64,000 nt of DNA from Heterodontus francisci (Eukaryota). Below the pieces are notes generated by a model, which did no database searches, was not told where the DNA came from, and worked only from the letters and a program-made list of their open reading frames with translations. The DNA lies in the NCBI RefSeq assembly GCF_036365525.1, contig NC_090377.1:103492265-103556264 (forward strand). The letters are read 5' to 3'. Made by a program: the position numbers and the translations under genes. Of this stretch, positions 51,944-64,000 are shown one piece after another; positions within the stretch are counted from its first letter, which is position 1, and each line of letters starts with the position of its first letter.

Positions 51944-53027
51944 TGTCATGTAGTGATTAATTGATTAGTCTGTCCATTGATCAGTATTCACTGTGTTTGA
52001 TTGCTTAAGCCTATGGTTGGAGCTGAAGAGTTGAAACTGAAACCAAAAGATACAGAGCTAAAATGTTTTACAAAACAGAGACTGTTCAGGAGAAGACATG
52101 TACCTTGTGAGAGGTACCTTGTCAGACATTGGAAGAACTGAGATAGTTTAAAGTCCTGTAAATAAACCAGTTGGTGGTTTAATAGTAGTGTGGTATCTGC
52201 ATTGCTCTGAGATAAATCAGGTGTACGTAATATATCCAGCAATCCGGCGTAAACATAAAAAAAACGTGGCTACGAGGATGATTCCGCAGAGTTCATTGTT
52301 ATCAACTCCAGAACCATTTGTTTCAATGGTGGGAAATCCTCCCATGTGCTAGGAGCGATGGATTTCAGGGTTCAAGATCTACTTGCTCACTACAAAGACA
52401 GACAGCCCAGATATAGAAGTGAACCATAAGAAAACGATACTTGTACATTGTCTAGGAGCAGAAGGCCAGTGTATATTCGAGCAGGTCACAGAAGATACCT
52501 CTAAGTTTGATACAGTGGTAAGCGCTATCAAACAATACTTTGGGCCAGGGAAAAGTGTGATGAAAGAGCAATGCGCATTACGTCAGAGATCCCAGGGACT
52601 TGGTGAGCCCATTAAACAAAAGTGACAGCATTGCAGTGATTGGTGGCTACATGTAAATTTGGCACACTAACCAATAAATTAATTTGTGACCAATTGATTG
52701 TAAAGACTTAAATTCCACGAATTAGGGAATGTCTCCTCATGGAGGATGATGATTTGACCTTGGAAAATGTCATCACCTGAGCAGTCCAGATTGAATCTGC
52801 CATGTTAGTTTTGAAGTTGTTACAAACACGTGCACTCTTAGACTCACAGTTACAGATACAGCTTGCCCAACCAGCTGCAGTGCAAGGGTTAGGGACAAGA
52901 AGAACTCAGCAACCTCATCAAATTGTGTCCCATTAAGGTAAGTTACCTTCAAAACTGTGCCGAAATTGTGGAAATGCTCATTGAGTCACAATGCCATGTC
53001 CAGCTCAAGGGAAAAAGTGTAATTCAA
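51944..53027 (+). mobile_element. Gypsy LTR plus gag remnant (unit copy 4)
   Basis: Duplicate of 24796-25875; ORF 52383-52625. Confidence 0.72.
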
Positions 53028-56000
53028 GGCCAAGTATGTTTTCCCCTCTTGTTGGTTCCCTCACCACCTGCCGCATACCCAGTCTAGCAGATATGTCCTT
53101 GAGGACTCGGCCAGCTCGGTCAGTAGTGGTGCTACCGAGCCACTCTTGGTGATGGACATTGAAGTCCCCCACCCAGAGTACATTTTGTGCCCTCGCCACA
53201 CTCAGTGCTTCCTCCAAGTGCAGTTCAACATGGAGGAGTATGACTCATCAGCTGAGGGAGGGCAGTAGGTGGTAATCAGCAGGAGGTTTCCTTGTCCATG
53301 TTTGACCTGATGCCATGAGACTTCATGGGGTCCAGAGTCGATGTTGAGGACTCCCAAGGCAACTACCTCCCTACTGTATACCACCTCTGGTGGGTCTGTC
53401 CTGCCGATGGGACAGGACATACCCGGGGATGGTGATGGCTGTGTCTGGGACATTGTCTGTGAGGTATGATTCCGTGAGTATGACTATGTCAGTCTGTTGC
53501 TTGACTAGTCTGTGGGACAGCTCGCCCAACTGTGGCACAAGCCCCCAGATGTTAGTAAGGAGAACTTTGCAAGGTCGACAGGGCTGGGTTTGCCGTTGTC
53601 GTTTCCGGTACCTAGGTCGATGCCGGGTGGTCCGTCCGGTTTCATTCCTTTTTATTGACTTCGTAGCGGTTAGATACAAATGAGTGGCTTGCTAGGCCAT
53701 TTCAGAGGGCATGTAAGAGTCAACCACATTTGCAGTGGGTCTGGAGTCACGTGTCGGCCAGACCAGGAAAGGACAGCAGATTTCCTTCCCTAAAGAACAT
53801 TAGTGAACCAGATGGGTTTTTCCAACAATCGACAATGGTTTCATGGCCATCATTAGACAGGCTTTTAATTCCAGATTTATTAATTGAATTCAAATTCCAC
53901 CTTCTGCTGTGGTGGGATTTGAACCCATATCCCCAGAGCAATACCCTGGGTCTCTGGGTTACTAGTCTAGTGACAATACCACTACGCCACTGCCTCCCCC
54001 TGACTGATGGGGCAGTAATTGGCCGGGTTGGACTTGTCCTGCTTTTTGTGTATAGGACATGCCTGGGCAATTTTCCACATTGCTGGGTAAATGCCAGTCT
54101 TGCAGCTGTACTGGAACAGCTTGGCTAGGGGCCTGGCAAGTTCAGGAGCACACGTCTGCAGTACTATTGCCGTAATGTTATCAGGGCCCATAGCCTTTGC
54201 AGTATCCCGTGCCTTCAGTCGTTTCTTGATATCATGCAGAATGAATTGAATTGGCTGAAGACTGGCATCTGTGATGCTGAGGACTTCAGGAGGAGGCCGA
54301 GATGGATCATTAAGTTGACACTTCTGGCTGAAGATTGTTGCAAATGCTTCTGCCTTATCTTTTGCACTGATGTGCTGGGCTCCCCCATCATTGAGGATGG
54401 GGATATTTGTGGAGCCACCTATTCCAGTTAGTTGTTTAATTGACCACCACCATTCACAACTGGCATCTCTGAAGCTGGGACTTCAGCTGCAGGCCAAGAA
54501 GGATCATTCACTAGGCACTTCTGGCTGATGATAGTTGTAAATGCTCAAGCTTTCTCTTTTGCATTTACTTTCTCAGCTCCCTATCATTCAGAATGGGGAT
54601 GTTTTTGGAGCCTCCTCCTCCTGTTAGCTGTTTAATTGTCTGCCACCATTCATGACTGGATGTGGCAGGGCTGCAGAGCATTGATTTGATCTGTTCATTG
54701 TGGAATCACTTAGCTCTCTCTATAGCATTTTGCTTCTGCAGTTCAGCCTGCATATAATCCTCTGTTGTAACTTCACCAGGTTGGCACCTCATTTTCAGAT
54801 ATGCCTGATGCTGCCCCTGGCATGTTCTCCTACACTACACGACAGTTACTTGGCTTGAGGGTACTGGTAGAATGAGGGATATGCTGGGCCAAGATGTTAC
54901 AGATTGTGGTGAAATGCATATGTGCTGCTGCTGATGGCCCAAAGTGCTTCATGGATACCCAGTTTTGAGCTGCTAGATCTGTAATGAGTCTATCCCATTT
55001 GGCATGATGGTAGTGCCACACAACACAATGGAGGGTGTCCTCAGTGTGAAGATGGGACTTCATCTTGCCATGTGTACAAGAGGTGCGATGATGAAAAATG
55101 ATGGACTAAAACAAAAAGTTATAAAAATTGGCTTTGTTTTTACAAAATGGACCTTTATTTTAAAAAGTGAACAATGTGCTCCAAAATGGCCACCTGAACG
55201 TAAAAGACTTGACCTTAGCTTATTCAAATTGTCTGACAGGGACAAAGGAAAATCTTCAAAGCTAAGAAGGGGTCAGTTGTACCCATCCCACACCCATCCT
55301 GAAATCTTCCTGAGTTGAATGGTTCTTCTGAAACAAAGAAGGTGTGAAGTGGAAACAGCATAAACCTGATTATTATCATCCTGAACCCATCAAAAGACAC
55401 CATTGAATTGAATAGGGGGGGTTCTTCTAAAATAAAGGAGTGGAGTGGCCACATCCTAGGCAATTGTCAGTCACTACAGGGAAGCAAATGCCTATCTCCC
55501 AGCAGAGGTGAAATGTAACGCAATTTTACCTTAAATGGGATGTCTAGAGAGAGATAGACCAGAATGAAGCATCCAAGAAGCTTTTCCAGCTAAGGGTCTG
55601 GGAGAATTTCAGCAAGCCAGAAGTGACATTCTCTGCTGCAGAATTCTACATCTGCACTTAAACAGCAGTGAATCAGAAGTGATCCACTGACTTCAACTGA
55701 ACTTTCAACCAAGAGAGAAACCTACAAACACCACAGGCCTGCAACCAATGCGAGCTTGACTTCCGAGAGAGCTCAACAAGTTTACCGTGACCCTTGAAAC
55801 CTAGCCCCACTTACCATCGCTTACCCCTTTTCCTCTCTATCTGTCTCTACTTATGTGTGTGCGCATGAACGAATGTGTGAGTGGATGCAGTTGGGAGAAT
55901 TTCGGGTTAAGACATATGTTGTGTGATTTCCTTTAAGAGTAATGTACCTTTAAGATCTTAGTATGCTAATGAGCCAAGTGCCAGAATGTAGTCATTTGGC

Positions 56001-56900
56001 AACATGCCAGTTTCTGCTCCTGTAACACCAAGAGGCAAGGTCCTGTAATAGTTGGCTCTGTACTGTATATATTAGCTGCTTCATAAACCTGTTTTGAGAT
56101 CTTCAAACAACCTGAACTCCACGTATATTTACGCTGCATCAGACAACATCAAAAAAGATTCTCACTGCAGCGTATTGATCGATAAGTAAATGATTTCCTG
56201 TTTTAACCCCACAAGAAAACCAGTAGCTGGCTTTTTTTGACAAATAAAACACAAAGGGATAAACCCAAATAAAGGGATAAACCCCCAGTCAGCTGGGGGT
56301 GGAACAGTAACCATAACGATCTCCACAAGGAGATTGCTGGTCACTCCTACCAATGCTGTTGTGGACAGATGCATCTGCGACAGGTAGATTGGTGAGGATG
56401 AGGCTGTAGTGTTGTTCTGTGTTCTTAAGTCTTCATTAAATTATAATTGTAGGCTTTTTATTCAGATTCAACACAAACACTATTTATTGTCTTACTCATC
56501 TATATTGCATGAACTCAGGTCCAGGTCTTATACTCATGTGTGTGTGTGTGTGCTCTCTGCAAACCATGTGTTGAATGTGCCTCTCAAAATGATGGCTCCT
56601 GCATATATGATGTCATTAGCTGCATCTGTGGGCTGATCTCTTAAAGGTGTGGTTTTCTTAAAGGTGAAGTCCTCATTACAGTGCATTACAGAGGACAAGT
56701 ACATTTTTTTCTTTATGTTGCCACACGTCCAGTCTGCCAGATATGTCATTTGGACTCAGCCAGCTTACTCAGTACTGATGGACATAAGTCCTCCACCTAT
56801 AGTACATTCTGTGCCCTTGCAACCCCACAGTGTCTTTTCCAAGTTGTGTTCAGCATGGAGGAGTACTAATTCATCTGTTGAAAGAAGGCCATAAGTGGTA
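53028..56900 (-). mobile_element. APE-LINE fragments with tRNA-like head and nested LTRs (unit copy 4)
   Basis: Duplicate of 25876-29740; ORFs 53371-53679, 53982-54191. Confidence 0.75.
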
Positions 56901-57949
56901 GATAGTCACTGCTAATAAAGAAAGAAAGATTTGCATTTATATAGCAGCTTTCACAATCTCAGGATGTCTTAAGGCTCTTCAGATGTGTAATATAAGAAAT
57001 AGAAATATAGACTCACAGCAGAAATAGATAATTTTCTTTAAAAAAAACTGCTTGAGATATTTTTGTCATGTGATATGCTTCCTAGTGTGTTTTTCATTTA
57101 ATGTGTCACATTCTCTTGACACATTCACTGTGTGGTTGCTCCTGCCCCACTTCCCCTAGATCACAAGACCAAACATCCTCTGACGATCTCCCCTGCTCTG
57201 GTCCTGATCTTGCATCTTTCTCTAATTTCTCTCCTATCACCCCTCATGCCTTCTCCAAGCTCTTCTTGTCCATGGGAACCATCTCCTGATCCCTTGATCC
57301 TATTCTCACTAAATTGCTGAGCACCAGACTTCCCTTCTTGGCTCCTATGTTAGCTGATATTCTTAATGGTTCTCTCTCATTGGATTTTGTCTTCCTTTCC
57401 TTTGTATCTGTCTTCATCAACCCTGTGTTCAAGAAAACCTCAGATGAGGCAGTGTTGCAGGTGGGGACTATGTATGTTGCAAATTCCTATTTTTCAGTCG
57501 ACAAATGCACTGGTGGAGCCCTGGAGACTGATAGGCCAAGGGAATTGAATCATCACAGCCTCCGGAAGTGGAAGTATTCCTTATCGGAGGACATTCAGGC
57601 CAAGAATAGGTGCCTAAAGGCCCCATACAAATGACATAATCTATTGAGTGCACAAACTCCAGCAACACCAGCAGTGGATGGTGCTATTGGCCCATTCACA
57701 GCTTTTCTGGCAGTCTCCTGGCCCACACATTTTCTGCTTCTCTATTTATTCACTTTAATGATAATCATATAACTGAGATCATTGTGGTAAAATATTCTGC
57801 ATGAGACTACCAGATACCAGCACTGTTTTGGACAATTTGTATGAGGATTCAAAAATAAATCAATTGAACAAGAAGACAATGTAATAGAGAGTATTTTATT
57901 ATGTTCATAAATAATTCAACAAAATTAGCTCATGTTTTACAATGAGAGA

Positions 57950-60900
57950 CTAGAAATCTCTCATTCGTCTGAAAGATCCAATTGTCGAACAAGAGGCACC
58001 CCAGTCACTGAATCTCCTGTATTCACCGGGTCTCATGAAGTACTGTCGGCCTCTGTAGTTGGGATGTTCATAGAAGATCCAGTAACCGTCCATCACATGG
58101 CAGGAGTGAATGTCACGGTAACGGAAACTATCATAGACGGATGGACAGTCATCCTGGAATTCCATCATCTGTCCTCCAAAGTCAGGTCTCTCGTAAATCT
58201 TCATTCTGTAGGAGCCTCCCCTGTACTGTAATAGAAATGAAATGACATTAGTGATAAAACTACAAATATACATTTGGTATATGTAGACAAAGAGAAACTT
58301 GGTAAAGGAAGGAATCTAATGGGGCCCAATGATGACATCAACAATGAGAGCAAAGCTGAGATGATTTATTCACATCGATTCAATCGGTTAATTATGTTTG
58401 AGACTTGTTAACAGCAAGCAGCTTTGGCAATTTTATACTAAATCAGTGAATTATCTATAAGAGTGTACATTGGACTGATATTAGTTGGTGCATGCAGGTG
58501 GAGGTTTAGCAATATCAATAAAAATCTAAATGTTATTCTAGTTCCCACTGTGATGAGGTTCCTTCTCTGTGTGGAGCAGCTTTATCTTTCCTACAATTAA
58601 AGTAAGACGAATGGGGTGGGTGCAAACATGTCTGTCAGCACGTTGTAGCCAGTCATAGAGTCATTCAGCCCATCAAGTCCATGCTGGCTCTCTACAGAGC
58701 TATCTAGTCAGTATCACACCCCCATTCGATCCACACCTTAGTCTAGCTGCAGATAAATTTATTACTTCCTACACTGTCAATGCTCCAATTTGGCTTTTGG
58801 TTCTGAATATCTGATTAATTATGAACAAATGCATCCAATTATATCTCAGATATTCAGGACTTTGCAATAGGCTACCATCGTACGACACTTAGAACTTCTT
58901 TCCCAGTTGATGCAATTATTGACTTAAGAACCAACCCGTATAAATTAACTGCAGGTACAAAATTACAAGGGCTGATAGTAATTTCTGGCAGTGCCACAAA
59001 TGGGTGGTAGTGGATCAGTAAATCAGGCAGGATGTGTGACAGGCAGACAATCCATGACCTGTTAATCACCACCGCTGAAAGTTAAAATCAGTCCTGTGGA
59101 AACAGCTGATGACTCTTCACTGCTGATGCACATAAACTCAAATGTCACTGATCATTTTCTAAGTGTCACTTTGGGTAGAACATCTAAGCCACCAAAGGTA
59201 ACTCACATATGGGTAGCTGCGACATGACCTGATGCTGTCATTGAATCCCATCCAGCGCTGGTAGTCAGGATATTCGCCCCTGCTCAGAACATACTGGTAT
59301 CCCATGTAATTGGGTCTCTCATACACCACCCACCAGTCACTGTCAACACGGATGGAGTTACAGCGGCTGAAGAAAGAGTGCAGGTCAGCGCAGTCAGTAC
59401 TGCACTCATAGTGCCGACCCTGGAAGTTCCTGTCCTCGTAAAAGATAATCTGTGGAAAGACATAGGTTTGTAAATTCATAATTTCTCAAACTTGGCAATG
59501 CTGGATGAAGAATTCCAATACAATATTTTTTTTTTTATTTCCAAAATATACTTTATTCATAAAAATCTGTAAAAATTACATTGCCAAACAGTTTCCAAAC
59601 AGCACCAAAAAATACAAACATTGCAAGGGAGATCAGTTTCCTTCAATACTGTCATGAGTTTCTTCCCAACCCTTCCATTTCACAATTGTCATGTCAATTA
59701 CAGTTTTACATTTACAGCAATTCAGAATATTAACGATACAGTTCGAGGGGTTTCCCATTGATCCAGCCCCTCAGTCCAGCTTGGTGGGGGAACCTTACAC
59801 TGTGGTCTTTCCCCATTGAGCCTTTGCTGCGGCTGCCCCAAGCTTTAGTGCATCCCTCAGCACGTAGTCCTGGACCTTGGAATGTGCCAGTCTGCAACAT
59901 TCGTTGGTGGACAACTCTTTGCGCTGGAAGACCAGCAAGTTTCGGGCAGACCAAAGGGCGTCTTTCACCGAATTTATCGTCCTCCAGCAGCAGTTGATGT
60001 TTGTCTCGGTGTGCGTCCCTGGGAACAGCCCGTAGAGCACAGACTCCTGTGTTACAGAGCTGCTTGGGATGAACCTTGACAAAAACCACTGCATCTCTTT
60101 CCACACCTGCTTTGCAAAGGCACATTCCAGGAGGAGGTGGGCGACCGTCTCTTCCCCACCACAGCCAACGCGGGGGCACTGTGCGGAGGGGGCGAGACTT
60201 CGGGTGTGCATGAAGGATCTGACGGGGAGGGCCCTTCTCACCACCAGCCAAGCTACGTCTTGGTGCTTGTTTGAAAGTTCTGGTGATGAGGCATTCCGCC
60301 AAATGACTTTGACGGTCTGCTCGGGGAACCATCCGACAGGATCCACCGTTTCCTTTTCCCGTAGGGCCTTGAGGACATTCCGTGCAGACCACTGCCTGAT
60401 GGACCGGTGGTCAAAGGTGTTTTTCCGCAGAAACTGCTCCACGAAGGATAGGTGGTACGGCGCCGCCCAACTGCATGGTGCGTTCCGCGGCAATGTGACC
60501 AGGCCCATCCTTCGCAACACCGGGGACAGATAGAACCTCAGCACGTAGTGACACTTGGAGTTTGCGTACTGGGGATCTACACATAGCTTGATGCAGCCGC
60601 ACACGAAGGTGGTCATCAGGATGAGGGCCACGTTGGGTACATTTTTCCCACCCATGTCCAGAGATTTGAACATCGTGTCCCTCCGGACCCGGTCCATTTT
60701 AGATCCCCAGACGAAGCGGAAAATGGCTCGGGTGACTGCCACGGCGCAGGAGTGGGGTATGGACCAGACCTGCGCCACGTAGAGCAACAACGTGAGCGCC
60801 TCGCACCTGATGACCAGGTTCTTACCCACAATGGAGAGAGATCGCTGCCCCCACATGCCCAACTTTTGTCGTACCTTGGCTACTCGCTCCTCCCATGTCT

Positions 60901-61809
60901 TGGTGCACGCCCCGGCACTTCCGAACCATATCCCCAGCACCTTCAGGTAATCTGACCTGACGGTGAAGGGGACAAAGGATCGGTCAGCCCAGTTCCCAAA
61001 GAACATGGCCTCGCTCTTGCCGTGGTTAACTTTGGCTCCCGAGGCCAGTTCGAACTGGTCGCAGATGCTCATCAGTCTGCGCACGGACAGCGGATCCGAG
61101 CAGAAGACGGCGACGTCATCCATGTACAGGGAGGTTTTGACCTGAGTGCCTCCGCTGCCTGGGATTGTCACCCCTCTTATGCTCGCATCCTTCCTAATAG
61201 ACTCAGCAAAGGGTTCAATACAGCAAACAAACAAGACCGGGGACAGAGGACAGCCCTGTCTGACTCCAGATTTGATCGGGAAACTTTCAGATTCCCACCC
61301 GTTGATTGACACTGCGCTACTGATGTTTGTGTAGAGCAGTTGGATGCAATTGCAGATTCCCTCCCCAAACCCCATTTTGGAAAGCACGTCCATCATGTAG
61401 GTGTGCGATATCCTGTCAAAAGCCTTCTCCTGGTCCAGGCCGATGAGGCAGGTGTCCACCCTCCTGTCCCGTACGTAGGCGATCGTATCCCTGAGTAGCG
61501 CGAGACTATCAGAGATCTTCCTGCCGGGTACAGTACAGGTCTGATCGGGGTGAATCACCAACTCCAGAGCAGACCTGACTCGACTGGCTATGACTTTGGA
61601 CAGAATCTTGTAATCAACATTAAGCAGTGAGATGGGCCGCCAATTTCTGATTTCTGCCCTCTCCCCCTTCTGCTTGTAAATGAGGGTGATGATGCCTTTT
61701 CTCATGGTCTCTGACATGCTGCCGGCCAGGAGCATACTCTCGTATACTTCCAGCAGGTCCGGGCCGACAATACAATATATAAACTCTGTGTTTTCCTTAC
61801 CTTTCCCAT
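57950..61809 (-). CDS. Gamma-crystallin gene 5, 175 aa (intron 1 expanded by a Tx1/L1 insertion)
   Basis: Exons 61801-61809, 59207-59449, 57950-58225; splice sites intact; intron 1 is 2351 bp versus 99 bp in the other copies. Confidence 0.92.
59526..61767 (-). mobile_element. Young 5'-truncated Tx1/L1-clade non-LTR retrotransposon
   Basis: TSD CAATACAATA(T) at 59516-59525 and 61768-61777; poly(A) tail (T-run 59526-59536); AATAAA 59552-59557; GC/CpG-rich uninterrupted ORF2. Confidence 0.95.
59795..61735 (-). CDS. Tx1-like ORF2 C-terminal part: reverse transcriptase plus CCHC zinc finger (no endonuclease), 646 aa
   Basis: [66 protein letters not shown]; no stops or frameshifts. Confidence 0.85.
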   Translation of the reverse strand: MLLAGSMSETMRKGIITLIYKQKGERAEIRNWRPISLLNVDYKILSKVIASRVRSALELVIHPDQTCTVPGRKISDSLALLRDTIAYVRDRRVDTCLIGLDQEKAFDRISHTYMMDVLSKMGFGEGICNCIQLLYTNISSAVSINGWESESFPIKSGVRQGCPLSPVLFVCCIEPFAESIRKDASIRGVTIPGSGGTQVKTSLYMDDVAVFCSDPLSVRRLMSICDQFELASGAKVNHGKSEAMFFGNWADRSFVPFTVRSDYLKVLGIWFGSAGACTKTWEERVAKVRQKLGMWGQRSLSIVGKNLVIRCEALTLLLYVAQVWSIPHSCAVAVTRAIFRFVWGSKMDRVRRDTMFKSLDMGGKNVPNVALILMTTFVCGCIKLCVDPQYANSKCHYVLRFYLSPVLRRMGLVTLPRNAPCSWAAPYHLSFVEQFLRKNTFDHRSIRQWSARNVLKALREKETVDPVGWFPEQTVKVIWRNASSPELSNKHQDVAWLVVRRALPVRSFMHTRSLAPSAQCPRVGCGGEETVAHLLLECAFAKQVWKEMQWFLSRFIPSSSVTQESVLYGLFPGTHTETNINCCWRTINSVKDALWSARNLLVFQRKELSTNECCRLAHSKVQDYVLRDALKLGAAAAKAQWGKTTV

Positions 61810-62661
61810 TTTGAGATCACAGTTAGCTTGTAACTAGCTGAATGTTTCATTGCTTCACACATCTTGGTATTTATATGTTGGGTAAAATGGCTTTGCTGAG
61901 CTTTTCTTTTGTTATTTTAATGATTGCAATGGTTTGAAATCAGCATAAAAGCAGCAAAACACATGACATATACACTCATTGTAAAGAAAATGAATTTAAG
62001 GCACCTATGTCCCATTGATTGCATTTTGCCTTCATGTCTTTTTAATTGTGTGACAATACATTGGAAGCCATTGTGCTCCCTACACTCTGCTTCCACTGAA
62101 ATTCTCAAACAGTTGTCATTACACATTCAACCAGGTATTTTTCCAGCATTTCAGTGTCATGGCTGAAGTTTACTCCAAAACTGGTCAAAATGCAGATGTA
62201 CATATCCAGAACAAGTTGCTTTCTACATAATCGACAGAAGTATAACTGTCTGTGTATTTAGATTTGAGAATGTGCTTCAAAGTTCATAATCTTTTATCAC
62301 TGCATGTATTTATTTGGTGACATTGCCACTGCAATTTTGAGGGTGGTATTTATTAACACCGGTCACAGCCCATTCACGGTTTCATATTTTAATCAGCGAT
62401 ATTTTGTTATGTACTACCTTTCACTTTGTTATAAATTTCAGTTTTGCTGAAGTCATATCAGAACAGTGAAGAGGATAATAGAAAGGCAGATGGTCGTGTA
62501 ATCAAAGTAATTTGTAGAATGTGCATACTGGGGGAGGGTAGTTGGATTCTTTAGTGGGTACTAAATAAAAAGGAGAAAAGAGACTCTGGGATGACCCTGT
62601 TCAAGGGATACAAATCAATTGCAATCTAATACATTTTTGACATAATCACAAATATGCTTAC

Positions 62662-63580
62662 TGTCATGAAGATCCCCACCTGCCAAGAATGAGGCATATT
62701 AATTTCATCATCTGAACATTAATTTTTAAACTGTTGCTGGAGTGAAGAAATTACTTTTTAAAAAGCGATAACCAGACACTTGGCTGGAGGACATTTGCAT
62801 ACTAAGAGACAGTGCTTCGAGATATAAAAAAATGCTCACTGTTTCAATTAACAGAGATTGGGCTGGGTAATGATGATCCACATCTTGTCAGGGTAAGAGA
62901 CAGCACTACACCCCCCAAACAAGAGCTTTGGAATCCACAAAGGTAAGAGTGGTTATGATCGCTGGTCACATGACTAACCGGCTGGTCCAGGCTTTTTGAA
63001 CGAGACACAGGGCAGTTTGAATTCAGACTGCAGATTGCAACTGAACCTGGAACAAGAGTGCTTCTCTCTTGGCTGGCTCTCTCTCGCTTTCTCACAAGCC
63101 TCCAGACACACTGAAAACACATAAACCTCAAGAGAGAAAAGACTCCGCCATCGAAACAAGTTAAAGCATGCACTGGGCCCCAACGACCAGCAAGACTTAC
63201 CGGCAACCAAAGTCTTCACATTGAACTCAAAAGACCATAAATAACTACCAGATATTGCCTCAAATGTTTCCCATTTATTCCTTCTACTTTTTCTGTCTCT
63301 ATCTGCGTGTGTGTTTATCGCGTATGCATGCGAGCGTGGTCGCATTGTGTATTCGTAGCCATTACCCAAATTAGTGTTTAAGATTAATAACTTCCATCTT
63401 TCTTGTCTAAATCTTATAAAACCTGTCTGATTTATTTGCCTTACAATTGGAAAACAGTGAACAAGGAGTCACTGAAGGGGAGTTAAAATACGATGTTTTT
63501 AAAATTAAATCTTGTCACAGTGAGACCAGGCAAAGGATGAGAGGGAACACCTGGACCCCCATCTCAACTGGTCATAAACA
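62662..63580 (+). mobile_element. Solo LTR (unit copy 5)
   Basis: Duplicate of 23748-24668. Confidence 0.62.
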
Positions 63581-64000
63581 AAAATAGAATAAAAGCAAAG
63601 ATCCCAGTGACTGGGAAAGATACAAAGAACAGCAAAGGATGACAAACCAGACAGTAAGTGCTACAAAAAATAAGCACGAAAAGAAACTTGTAAGGGATAT
63701 CAAGATCAAAACAAAAATGTGTCATGTAGTGATTGATTGATTAGTCTGTCCATTGATCAGTATTCACTGTGTTTGATTGCTTAAGCCTATGGTTGGAGCT
63801 GAAGAGTTGAAACTGAAACCAAAAGATACAGAGCTAAAATGTTTTACAAAACAGAGACTGTTCAGGAGAAGACATGTACCTTGTAAGAGGTACCTTGTAA
63901 GACCTTGTAAGAACTGAGATATTTTAAAGTCCTGTAAATAAACCAGTTGGTGGTTTAATAGTAGTGTGGTATCTGCATTGCTCTGAGATAAATCAGATGT

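Larger units (their letters stand above)
17711..64000. repeat. Tandem segmental array of ~9.5-kb gamma-crystallin units (5 genes; may continue past the window)
   Basis: Stop codons at 21287, 30787, 40303, 47859, 57950 (periods 9500, 9516, 7556, 10091); near-identical ORF sets recur; 17.7-21.0 kb is a more diverged edge copy. Confidence 0.97.

Noticed and set aside
59730-61368. Many alternate-frame ORFs inside the Tx1 element
   Set aside because: Expected shadows of a GC-rich coding sequence.
61735-61809. In-frame crystallin-RT fusion by intron retention
   Set aside because: The ATGs are 74 nt apart (not a multiple of 3) and the crystallin frame stops early.

Overview
Vertebrate genomic DNA, most likely from a shark or other cartilaginous fish (HE1/V-SINE, shark-type CR1/L2/Penelope repeats, shark-type gamma-crystallins). 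Positions 1-17.7 kb are mostly nested, decayed retroelements: a SCAN-gag (Gmr1-like) Gypsy element with a tRNA-Pro PBS, interrupted by CR1, Penelope and solo LTRs, followed by L2, Harbinger, CR1, Penelope, Gypsy and V-SINE remnants. From about 17.7 kb to the end lies a young head-to-tail tandem array (unit about 9.5 kb) holding five minus-strand, 3-exon gamma-crystallin genes of 175 aa (9/243/276-bp coding exons). The units are nearly identical but are recombinational mosaics. Copy-specific events: a 1.96-kb microhomology-flanked deletion between genes 3 and 4; a 574-bp solo LTR in the 5'UTR of gene 4, which also carries G61S; and a young 2.24-kb sense-oriented Tx1/L1 insertion with an uninterrupted 646-aa RT ORF in intron 1 of gene 5. 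The two insertion sites map only about 50 bp apart around the start codon. All family assignments come from motif recognition by eye; no database searches were run.
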